From the NCBI RefSeq assembly GCF_902652985.1, contig NC_047033.1, forward strand, positions 32,240,001 to 32,304,000: DNA of 64,000 nt, in the 5' to 3' direction. The notes under the pieces were generated by a model. That model saw nothing but the letters and a program-made list of their open reading frames with translations. It searched no databases and had not been told where the DNA came from. The DNA is from Pecten maximus. Taxonomy: Eukaryota. The position numbers were made by a program, and so were the translations under genes. Each line of letters starts with the position of its first letter. The stretch's first letter is position 1. Below are positions 56,401 through 62,914 of this stretch, one piece after another.

Positions 56401-59400
56401 ACAATGCATCACGTGATGTTTACATCAGACCACGGCGACCGCCCTGATGCGGAAAACATTTGTATCATTTTAACAGACGGAGTATCAAACATTGACCACA
56501 CCCTCACCATCCCGGAAGCGAATTCAGCCAAAGACAGTGGCATTCGAATATACGCCATTGGAATTGGCCTCCTTGAAACCGAAGAACTGGACGGAATCGC
56601 CAGCCTGCCAACAGGAGAACATAGCTTTAACGTGGACGATTTCAGTGAGCTGGATAATCTCCATGACGCGGTGTTTGAATCAACATGCGAGGGTAAACTG
56701 CACACATAAATCTAACACGGGTTAAACATAATACTGCACTCTCTGATATTCTTTCTATGCGGTACTGATCGGTAAAAAGGGAGCTTTGAAGATTTGTATC
56801 CGTTTCCATTTTGTCTGATTTCTTTTCTTACATGGTTGTGGTATTTTGATTTTCTTGACATTTGGCCTCTGGTTGTGGCAGTAATGCGTAAAGGGAGATT
56901 TACAATTGTTTATTAATTAATTGTAATCCACGTTTACCTGATACGATATCTTGTCTTAATTGGCACCAACCATTAACATAATATTTGTGGTTATCGGTCT
57001 GTTTTATTTAACTTTATTTGCGTAATTTCCCAACAATCTGAATATGATTTGTTCCTTTACTAACATGTAACATTCATCATCAATTATAATCATTATTGCC
57101 CAATCGAGGCATTGATCTGAGATTGAGCATGATGTTATATGTAATAGCTATTTTACAAATTAAACATTAGCATTTGGCCTATAAACTGACCATAACTAAG
57201 CATTTGAGAAGGATTCAATTTCAAGTTGATAACCATGATGTTTCTGAGCTAAATTTGTTAATTTCCCGATGAGATATAGAGATATGTCATTCGTCATGTT
57301 CACTGGTCGACGCCAGAATTCAGTCTTATTGATAACATGGAATTCATAATGACATGAAAGTATGCAGTATTCTATTCTTGTGATTTATAACGATCTCCTC
57401 CATATTACAGTGATCACACTCCCGCCGACAACCACACCTCAAGGTGAGAATTTAAAATACTAGTGAAGGTCTAGTTTTAAAATTACCCGGTAAATAAACT
57501 TCCATACCCCAGTAGTAATTCACGATAAACATACCTTAAATCATGGTTCACTAAATACCAATGAGGGATGTTAAGTGAAATTCGACCTTATGACATAATG
57601 TTGACGGAAACTGATTATTCAGTTGAATTCGTCTTGAAAACGTGTTAAGCATTGCTTTGTTTATTTGGTATCAAAGCAAACATTGATGAAATTTACACTT
57701 GACTAATACGAAATGATTTTATTTTATAGTGTTTTAATGTCATTTCTGTTCTTATTTTCAAGTGTGCAATGCCGCAAGACAGGATATCGTTTTCATCATT
57801 GATATGTCTACAAGTGTCGGTTTTGATAACTTTGATAAAATTCTAGAATTCTTAGAACACTTTTTGTTACATGATGATATCGATAACGGTATAGTACGTG
57901 TAGGTGTAGTTGGGTATAGCACCGATGCCAAAGTGGAGTTTCATTTAGATGAATATTCAACGACTGCATCACTATACAAGGGTATCAATAATATCAAATA
58001 TATGCTCGGGAATACCAACACCGCCGCGGGCCTTAAGCTCATGAGAACGACGATGTTCACTGTTGAACACGGGGACAGATTGGATGCGGAGAACATTGCT
58101 ATCATAATTACTGATGGAGTTTCAAACGTGAACTCACGACAGACATTACCGGAAGCAAGAACAGCGAGAAACTCCGGAATAAAGATATACGCAATTGGTG
58201 TTGGTTTGATTGAAACAACGGAGTTGCAAGGGATAGCATCACTCCCATTAGAGGAACATTTATTTCTTGCTGACGATTTCTCCGAACTCAACAGTCTAAA
58301 AACTAAAATATTTGAAGGTCAGTGTCCAGAGACCACGCCAACGCCCAAACCTACGACACCGTTACCAACGACATTAGCGCCAACCACGCCACCTATTGGT
58401 AGTATTGCACTCAAATACTGATTACTTAACAATGCATTATTGGTGCTTAATTATAATATTAATGGTTTATTAACGTTTTCATGACAGGTGATGGGTCCAT
58501 GTTGTCTTTTTCGTTTATTAAGTCTTTGATTGATGGAGTGATTGTTTTTGTCATATACTTAAAGATTGATACATGTTCCTATTCAGCGTTTTAATAGTTT
58601 AGGGGTTGCTTGGTGATACAGAATGCTCTAATAACATCCACGCCACAATGTATTGAGCACTTCATAATCGAGTTTTAATAGCGATGTGTCATTGAACTCA
58701 TTTAACTAATTTCCATCGTTCCGTCGTCAAGTGTATCTAGTGTCAAAACAAATCCTTTGATTCAACAATTCGATGGCTATTATCCTAATATCGTTAGGTG
58801 TTTGGGCATATTATTATTATCTCACTAACATTTTATCTGTAATACTTATAGTAAATATCGATTATCAATTTGTGAAAATGAATTTAAACATATATCTGCT
58901 TAATTCGATTTGATGTGAAGCTTAAGGAAAATAACAAAACAAATATAAAGCATTATCGGTTGCAATTGTTTTTTTTTTAATATGCTTTATTCAATGAACG
59001 TAAAGTAGTGACATTCTGTATTCGTCGTAACTTTAAATTGACTTTATTGTATTAAGTGGCCTTTATAGAAACAACACATTTTGTTGTCTATATATGTATC
59101 AGGTAAGTATTTTACGTCGTTGATAATTCAGGAAACGATTCCCTTCATAATTCGGATTATTTGTAAAAGTATCACTAATCTATTGGTTTCGAATCATAGC
59201 CAGTTCGATCGGAATATATTCGGAATGTGCTTGAATTTATTATATTTCCCCAACTTTCATCAACATGCAGGCATACAACAATATATTCTATGTAACATAA
59301 CATAGAATGGGCATTATTAATTGTTTGTCCTTTGTTCGTTTCTTCCTAAGTATGTCACGGAACCAGACAGGATATAGTGTTCATACTAGACATGTCCACC

Positions 59401-62400
59401 AGTGTAGGTAACACAAACTTCAATAAAGTTTTGAAATTCCTGGAGACATTTCTCTTACACGAAGACATAGATAGCGGTATAGTGAGTGTCGGTGTTGTTG
59501 GTTATAGTACTGACGCTAAAGTCGAGATTTACCTCAATCAGTACTCTACTACTGACTCCCTATACAAAGCTATCAACAACATACAATATATGTTGGGTAA
59601 CACCAACACTGCGGCGGCACTACACCTCACAAGGACCGCCATGTTCACCGCCGACCACGGGGACAGGCCGGACGCCCAAAATATAGTTATCATTGTCACG
59701 GACGGCGTGTCTAATGTCAACTCTCGTAACACGATACCGGAAGCGGAAATGATGAGGAAGTCTGGAATTAAAATATATGCAATTGGCGTCGGGTTAGTAG
59801 AGACACAGGAATTAACAAGGATTGCATCCAAACCACTGAAAGACCATTTACTACTTGCTGACGATTTCTCGGAATTGAATAATCTTCAAGATAGAGTGTT
59901 GAATTCCTTTTGCATTGAACCGCTAACGACACCAAAACCGACCACTCCTGACTTGACCACACAATCTTTAACAACGCCAAGGCAGAGAATTCCTGCGCCA
60001 CATGGTAGTATTTTCACGCATACACTGACAACCGCTTGAACTCAACACATTACTAAAACACTGATGACATTTCTTACTACAGGTGCTTTGGTTTCCTATT
60101 TCAGACTTTAAAACTAAAACTGCATCTAGTTTTCAATGTCAAAACGACTTGAATGGAGACGCTTTGCAGTAAAAAATATTTACCCATTTCGCTGGTCTTA
60201 ATTTTTTGATATATATAAGATTAATATATTTTAACAATTTTGGTTTTTTGCTTTATCAGGTGGATTTTTTTTCCTTTCATATTTTTTCGACTTTGTAATA
60301 AGCTTTCGTCTAATCAAACATTTTCTCCCTTTTACACCATGCTGTCGGTACGTTTTCCATTTGTGTTTAAATGAATGCAATTATTCTTCAGCTTTTTTCC
60401 CGTTTTTTACTAAAACAATGACAAACCGTTTATACTATCGGCCAATTATATCCCATACTTCCTTATCTTTCGGCTTCCATTTACTCTATGAATTATCCTA
60501 TTTTTCATTTTATGTTTTGATTACATTAATGATTCACTAACTGGTCACTATTTAATTTATCGACAATGACATGTTATATATGTCTGTTATATCATTGTCA
60601 TTTTGACTGATCAATAAATCGATGAATATTCGAACATAAAAACTATCTAAAAATTGATGTTCCATAGATTATTACTGACGAAAAACCTTCGTCATGTAAC
60701 GGGTAATCTTAAAAAAGACAATTCCAAGCAAATCGATTCCTTCAATACTTCAAAAATGGTTTAAATTGATATATGTATATTTCTGACAAAATCAATTTCT
60801 CAGTGAAGATTTTTTTTTTTTTTTTTTTTTTTTTGAAAGCGACAAATGTTATATCGAAATAATATAGAAAAGTCTCTTGCTGGAGTCATAACTAAGCTGT
60901 CATTTCGTTTCTTCCTAAGTATGTCACGGAACCAGACAGGATATAGTGTTCATACTAGACATGTCCACCAGTGTAGGGAACACAAACTTCAATAAAGTTT
61001 TGAAATTCCTGGAGCCGTTTCTCTTACACGAAGACATAGATAGCGGTATAGTGAGTGTCGGTGTTGTTGGTTATAGTACTGACGCTAAAGTCGAGATTTA
61101 CCTCAATCAGTACTCTACTACTGACTCCCTATACAAAGCTATCAACAACATACAATATATGTTGGGTAACACCAACACTGCGGCGGCACTACACCTCACA
61201 AGGACCGTCATGTTTACCACCGACCACGGGGACAGGCCGGACGCCCAGAATATAGTAATCATTGTCACGGACGGCGTGTCTAATGTCAACTCTCGTAACA
61301 CGATACCGGAAGCGGAAATGATGAGAAATTCTGGTATTAAAATATATGCAATTGGCATTGGATTAGTAGAGACACAGGAATTAACGGAGATCGCTTCCAA
61401 ACCGCTTGATGACCATTTATATCTAGCTGACGATTTCACGGAACTGAATTATATTCAGGACGAAATATTTAACTCTGTCTGTCTTGGAATTAGACCGTCA
61501 TCGTCGCCATATCCTGAAACTGTATCATCACCAGCGACAGATACACTTGGATCAAAATCAACCCTTGGTAATATAACTAAATGAATATTGCCTTCCGACA
61601 TTCCTAAAACAACTAACCTTTCTTGCTCGTGTTTATTCTCAACTCCAGAGTTGTTGTTTTTTTCTATTTCTTACATTTCCGACCCTGGCGAATCTGCCTT
61701 TTTATTGCCTGGTGTCAAAGGCATTGCTTACTAAGGAATAACCAAATCAACACATTTCATACTTTACCTGTCCAAACGATCTGTATTCAAATGTATATAT
61801 GTTTTATTTGCAATTGTAAAAGTTATTTGTTCTTGATGATTCTTATCGGAAATGATAGACCGACTCATTTACTTTTTCCCTGTGACTGATATTTTCATTT
61901 TCTTACCTACATGCTTAACGTGTTTTGAAGGGTTCTTTATGTTTTCATTGCAGATATAAATAAACTCAAAACTAACCAAACAAGCACGAATTTGTTAAAT
62001 GGATTTACCTTTCCTAATTTTATTGCTCACCAATGCCGATAGTTGATGAACAGAAGTAAAGGCTTCCAGTTTTTCTCATTTGTTTACATTGTCACAGAAA
62101 ATACGTTTAATGTTTGTGCAAAAAGTCACGTAAAACTATTTTGAAAACAGTTTATCTCTATCGAATCTTTCTAAAAGTTTCCCGGCTAATGTTGCTTCTT
62201 CTCTTATTCCAGACAAAAATGCTTATTTTTACGATTGCTGAATTAGGTCAAGCGACTTATAGTTTAATCATGACAAAGAATACAGAAAAACAAACATTTT
62301 TCTCTTTTTGTCTTGTTTTCAAGAGTGTAATGGTGAGAGGCAGGACATCATCTTCCTCCTGGATATGTCTACGAGTGTTGGGTTTGATAACTTCGATAAA

Positions 62401-62914
62401 ATGATCGAATTTCTTGAGACATTTCTGTTGCACGAGAGTATTGACAATGGGGATGTTAGAATAGGCGTGGCTGGGTACAGCAGTGAAGCTAGAGTCGAGT
62501 TTTATTTAAATTCCTATAACACAACATCAGAACTGTACTATTTGATCAATGCTGTTGATTATTTGCTTGGCAATACAAATACGGCAGGGGGTCTGCGACT
62601 TGTACGGACAGACATGTTTACTTTTGTTAATGGTGATAGACCAGACGTGGAAAATATACTGATCATAATAACGGACGGTGTATCAAACATCAATTCAGAA
62701 GACACTTTATCTGAAGCCAAACTGTTACGGTCAGCTGGAGTAAGTGTATACGCTATAGGGGTGGGGCTTACAGAGACAGCCGAGCTGCGGGATATAGCAT
62801 CACAACCATTCCAGGACTATCTGTTGCTGGCTGATGACTTCTCTGAACTTGACGGTCTTCAGGACAATATATTTGAATCAGCATGCTCTGATTCAACATC
62901 AGCGCCCCATTTCG
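1810..62914 (+). CDS. Giant multi-exon gene (partial, 58 inferred exons) encoding a poly-VWA extracellular matrix/adhesion protein: 30 VWA domains, Pro/Thr linkers and a mucin-like segment (collagen VI N-terminal/matrilin-like VWA family)
   Basis: Repeated VWA-fold ORFs (DIVFxxDSSTSVG...GNTNT...TDG..N...IYAIGIG), all on +, each bounded by AG/GT in matching phase; junction codons checked and frame stays open; no start or terminal stop exon seen. Confidence 0.88.
2657..2747. repeat. 43-bp direct tandem duplication (2 copies)
   Basis: TATTGTAATTCAGGGGAGCACATTGTGTACTATTGGTTCATTA occurs twice in tandem. Confidence 0.9.
2851..4950. repeat. 46-bp minisatellite (GTGTGGGGTATCAGATATAGATATACGATGTTTAGGACTATTGGTA), ~45 copies
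   Basis: Period 46, highly homogeneous. Confidence 0.97.
5718..7560. repeat. 38-bp minisatellite (AACACATTGTTACTATATAGGGAATAACAAACGTCGTT), ~48 copies, with degenerate copies upstream to ~5390
   Basis: Period 38 read directly. Confidence 0.97.
8185..8730. repeat. Degenerate ~33-bp minisatellite (TCTATAGTCAGCGGTTAAAATGATTTTATTATT), ~16 copies
   Basis: Recurring TAGTCA(G/T)CGG(T/A)TAAAA core at ~33-bp spacing. Confidence 0.92.
9025..9570 (+). CDS. Exon: VWA2, divergent 'FRSG' type (IALVFRSGLTTSP)
   Basis: tttcag| acceptor, G|gtgagt donor, 546 nt, phase 1-1; INYG, HVIFITD and HWVLIG motifs. Confidence 0.85.
9812..9877 (+). CDS. Linker exon (DDSEYSEALVPKTIPSETGTLQ)
   Basis: ttgcag| ... A|gtatgt, 66 nt, open in phase 1. 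Confidence 0.7.
10285..10455. repeat. 28-bp minisatellite (TCACATAGCTTGTTATATAGATAATTTG), ~6 copies
   Basis: Period 28. Confidence 0.92.
10544..11092 (+). CDS. Exon: VWA3, 'FRSG' type
   Basis: tttcag| ... G|gtagga, 549 nt, phase 1-1; paralogous to VWA2, 4 and 5. Confidence 0.85.
11336..11413 (+). CDS. Linker exon (GKSYAKDVNGIPTQPEVMTLAPDSSQ)
   Basis: ttgcag| ... G|gttagt, 78 nt, open in phase 1. Confidence 0.68.
11496..11563. repeat. (TTCC)n microsatellite, ~17 units
   Basis: Direct reading. Confidence 0.97.
11647..11721 (+). CDS. Linker exon (DTTFEDNTDGHTTEIPNIPVIEPAT)
   Basis: ttacag| ... G|gtattg, 75 nt, phase 1-1. Confidence 0.7.
12128..12685 (+). CDS. Exon: VWA4, 'FRTG' type
   Basis: tttgcag| ... 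G|gtattt, 558 nt, phase 1-1. Confidence 0.87.
13287..13364 (+). CDS. Linker exon (EPGARYQTFPTTTMTDPTTIPVMTTK) with probable GC donor
   Basis: ttag| acceptor after a long T tract; the only phase-1 exit before the in-frame stop is AAG|gcatgt; 78 nt. Confidence 0.6.
13603..14160 (+). CDS. Exon: VWA5, 'FRSG' type
   Basis: tacag| ... C|gtaagt, 558 nt, phase 1-1. Confidence 0.87.
14638..14739 (+). CDS. Linker exon (QTTPRVPSTEATKTTETTTRSSLPDNSSSSADV)
   Basis: gacag| ... G|gtacgt, 102 nt, S/T-rich, phase 1-1; weak pyrimidine tract. Confidence 0.65.
   Translation, partial: DKQHLEFHQRKQQKQRKPQQDPHCLTIHRVVQT
15378..15950 (+). CDS. Exon: VWA6, strongly Lys-rich, MIDAS degenerate (ADIAFLFHASNK)
   Basis: tttacag| ... 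C|gtgagt, 573 nt, phase 1-1; DRPRAPNYLVVVTD motif. Confidence 0.87.
17189..18286 (+). CDS. Exon: polybasic stretch plus Thr/Ser-rich mucin-like segment (366 codons)
   Basis: ttttcag| ... G|gtatgt, 1098 nt, phase 1-1; long non-repetitive ORF dominated by T/S. Confidence 0.85.
19892..19918 (+). CDS. Micro-exon (ATVAPMSLS)
   Basis: ttttag| ... CAG|gtaagc, 27 nt. Confidence 0.65.
20119..20302 (+). CDS. Exon: VWA7 N-terminal part (ADIVIAVHSSIT)
   Basis: ttacag| ... CA|gtaagt, phase 1-2. Confidence 0.82.
20670..21037 (+). CDS. Exon: VWA7 C-terminal part
   Basis: ttcag|A ... T|gtgagt, phase 2-1; joins the previous exon as FYLDQFNSWDDV; IMVTD and IYSVGIG motifs. Confidence 0.82.
21352..21405 (+). 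CDS. Linker exon (QTMPERVTVPPVTSTPN)
   Basis: ttttag| ... C|gtaagt, 54 nt. Confidence 0.72.
22269..22313 (+). CDS. Linker exon (AEPVEKTTSPTSSS)
   Basis: ctttag| ... CAG|gtaagc, 45 nt. Confidence 0.7.
23253..23288 (+). CDS. Linker micro-exon (EPIRITFPPAGG)
   Basis: ttacag| ... GAG|gtaagt, 36 nt. Confidence 0.68.
24830..25402 (+). CDS. Exon: VWA8, first domain with intact MIDAS (DSSTS) and flanking Cys pair
   Basis: ttacag| ... G|gtacat, 573 nt, phase 1-1. Confidence 0.9.
26504..27079 (+). CDS. Exon: VWA9
   Basis: ttttcag| ... G|gtatat, 576 nt. Confidence 0.9.
27387..27965 (+). CDS. Exon: VWA10
   Basis: ttttcag| ... G|gtattg, 579 nt; DSSSSVG motif. Confidence 0.88.
28610..29140. repeat. 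41-bp minisatellite (CATATAATGTTACTGGTYAGGRATCAGCGTAAGAGTTCTAA), ~13 copies
   Basis: Period 41. Confidence 0.95.
29160..29213 (+). CDS. Linker exon (GVVNPLIPSLPQPQPGAS)
   Basis: caacag| ... CAG|gtaagt, 54 nt, Pro-rich. Confidence 0.65.
29634..30209 (+). CDS. Exon: VWA11
   Basis: ttttcag| ... G|gtaaat, 576 nt. Confidence 0.9.
30974..31021 (+). CDS. Linker exon (EKRVEETTVSREADSG)
   Basis: tttcag| ... G|gtgaga, 48 nt. Confidence 0.65.
31291..31848 (+). CDS. Exon: VWA12
   Basis: tttacag| ... G|gttggt, 558 nt. Confidence 0.88.
32544..33552. repeat. 63-bp intronic minisatellite, ~16 copies
   Basis: Unit TCAACAGATCATATCAATGAACGAACTGATAAGTCGTCATATATTGTACACAGACCAATGACA. Confidence 0.97.
33640..33675 (+). 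CDS. Linker micro-exon (DIPAPPPHSVEL)
   Basis: ctttcag| ... G|gtgagt, 36 nt. Confidence 0.75.
   Translation: MSLLLLRTRWS
34006..34572 (+). CDS. Exon: VWA13
   Basis: ttttag| ... G|gtaaca, 567 nt. Confidence 0.9.
35218..35247 (+). CDS. Linker micro-exon (EEPKPTRGIS)
   Basis: tttcag| ... T|gtgagt, 30 nt; an alternative in-phase donor exists at 35238. Confidence 0.68.
36119..36685 (+). CDS. Exon: VWA14
   Basis: tttag| ... G|gtatac, 567 nt; frame open upstream of the listed ORF start (CFPPKLDIIFIVDSSTSVG). Confidence 0.9.
37450..37509 (+). CDS. Linker exon (EEEGPVASPAPPFTTRSAAI)
   Basis: tacag| ... G|gtgagt, 60 nt. Confidence 0.72.
37602..37865. repeat. 37-bp minisatellite (TTTTGTGTAAGGTTACACGTTATCATTATCTTAATGT), ~7 copies
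   Basis: Period 37. Confidence 0.95.
38015..38178. other. Assembly gap (164 N)
   Basis: Run of n. Confidence 1.
38185..38751 (+). CDS. Exon: VWA15
   Basis: caaag| directly after the gap ... G|gtactc, 567 nt like its neighbours. Confidence 0.85.
39072..39137 (+). CDS. Thr-rich linker exon (ETPAPTTDPTTTTTTIPPTTLS)
   Basis: taaag| ... G|gtacgt, 66 nt. Confidence 0.72.
39472..40038 (+). CDS. Exon: VWA16
   Basis: tttcag| ... G|gttagt, 567 nt. Confidence 0.9.
40297..40323 (+). CDS. Micro-exon (VSSPTTQPV)
   Basis: ttttcag| ... G|gtgagt, 27 nt. Confidence 0.72.
   Translation, partial: FQVQQHSP
40922..41491 (+). CDS. Exon: VWA17
   Basis: taacag| ... G|gtaaca, 570 nt. Confidence 0.88.
41815..42190. 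repeat. Degenerate ~50-bp minisatellite (ATAATGGAATAATCAGTGTTTGTCGGCTGTTTGGGGTGTGTCTTGTGTC), ~7 copies
   Basis: Recurring CAGTGTTTGTCGGCTGTTTGGG core. Confidence 0.9.
42666..42761 (+). CDS. Thr-rich linker exon (EISTPTTTSTTTTTSPTTTTTTTIIPTTLQSV)
   Basis: tctag| ... G|gttagt, 96 nt. Confidence 0.75.
43108..43674 (+). CDS. Exon: VWA18
   Basis: ttacag| ... G|gtattt, 567 nt. Confidence 0.9.
43946..43975 (+). CDS. Micro-exon (DPLPEIHEPV)
   Basis: tttgcag| ... G|gtgagt, 30 nt. Confidence 0.75.
44369..44935 (+). CDS. Exon: VWA19
   Basis: tttag| ... G|gtattg, 567 nt. Confidence 0.9.
45675..45782 (+). CDS. Thr-rich linker exon ending TTTQSV
   Basis: tatag| ... G|gttagt, 108 nt; paralogous to exon 42666-42761. 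Confidence 0.75.
46192..46758 (+). CDS. Exon: VWA20 (near-identical to VWA18)
   Basis: ttgcag| ... G|gtattt, 567 nt. Confidence 0.9.
47031..47060 (+). CDS. Micro-exon (DPLPEIHEPV), copy of 43946-43975
   Basis: tttgcag| ... G|gtgagt, 30 nt. Confidence 0.75.
47454..48020 (+). CDS. Exon: VWA21 (near-identical to VWA19)
   Basis: tttag| ... G|gtattt, 567 nt. Confidence 0.9.
48248..48310 (+). CDS. Linker exon (AKTTPGPTLPVTTPRPSTTLT)
   Basis: catag| ... G|gtaata, 63 nt. Confidence 0.75.
48623..49189 (+). CDS. Exon: VWA22
   Basis: tttgcag| ... G|gtaatt, 567 nt. Confidence 0.9.
49453..49572 (+). CDS. Thr-rich linker exon (40 codons)
   Basis: aatag| ... G|gtaatt, 120 nt. Confidence 0.75.
49757..50323 (+). 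CDS. Exon: VWA23
   Basis: accag| ... G|gtaatt, 567 nt. Confidence 0.88.
50550..50582 (+). CDS. Micro-exon (EPPPVIDIRPV)
   Basis: tttcag| ... G|gtgagt, 33 nt. Confidence 0.75.
50958..51524 (+). CDS. Exon: VWA24
   Basis: ccacag| ... G|gtaatg, 567 nt. Confidence 0.9.
51857..51919 (+). CDS. Thr-rich linker exon (ESTTTTTTPPPTTAITVTSTR)
   Basis: attag| ... G|gtgaat, 63 nt. Confidence 0.75.
52103..52669 (+). CDS. Exon: VWA25
   Basis: tcacag| ... G|gtatcg, 567 nt. Confidence 0.9.
55041..55247. mobile_element. MITE-like non-autonomous DNA transposon (~207 bp) with 23-bp TIRs, flanked by TA
   Basis: TA-CTGTAAACGTACTTATTTTAGCG ... CGCTAAAATATGTACGTTTACAG-TA (1 mismatch); internal TTAGCGCA sub-repeats; no ORF. 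Confidence 0.85.
55695..55724 (+). CDS. Micro-exon (VPPTTPPPKI)
   Basis: tttcag| ... G|gtgagg, 30 nt. Confidence 0.75.
   Translation, partial: CRLQPRLLR
56126..56692 (+). CDS. Exon: VWA26, His-rich
   Basis: tttacag| ... G|gtaaac, 567 nt. Confidence 0.9.
57411..57443 (+). CDS. Micro-exon (VITLPPTTTPQ)
   Basis: ttacag| ... AAG|gtgaga, 33 nt. Confidence 0.75.
57763..58398 (+). CDS. Exon: VWA27 (DMSTS type) with fused Pro/Thr linker
   Basis: ttcaag| ... G|gtagta, 636 nt. Confidence 0.85.
59351..60004 (+). CDS. Exon: VWA28 (DMSTS type) with fused linker
   Basis: cctaag| ... G|gtagta, 654 nt. Confidence 0.85.
60920..61567 (+). CDS. Exon: VWA29 (DMSTS type) with fused linker
   Basis: cctaag| ... 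G|gtaata, 648 nt. Confidence 0.85.
62324..62914 (+). CDS. Exon: VWA30 (DMSTS type) with short fused linker
   Basis: ttcaag| ... G|gtagta, 591 nt. Confidence 0.85.

Noticed and set aside
59069-59102. Candidate micro-exon ending in a strong CAG|gtaagt donor
   Set aside because: With the nearest acceptor it is 34 nt, which shifts the frame, and it is not Pro/Thr-rich
53645-60834. Poly-T runs near 53645-53672 and 60810-60834 as retroposon tails
   Set aside because: No recognisable SINE/LINE body or target-site duplication next to them
1958-61439. Many minus-strand ORFs overlapping VWA and mucin exons (e.g. 17277-17765, 44301-44834, 47386-48018)
   Set aside because: Antisense shadows of the + strand coding exons; they recur only because the exons are paralogous
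1810-62914. Assigning a gene symbol such as COL6A3, COL12A1 or MATN
   Set aside because: Only generic VWA similarity; no Gly-X-Y, FN3, EGF or Kunitz domains in the window, so orthology cannot be claimed
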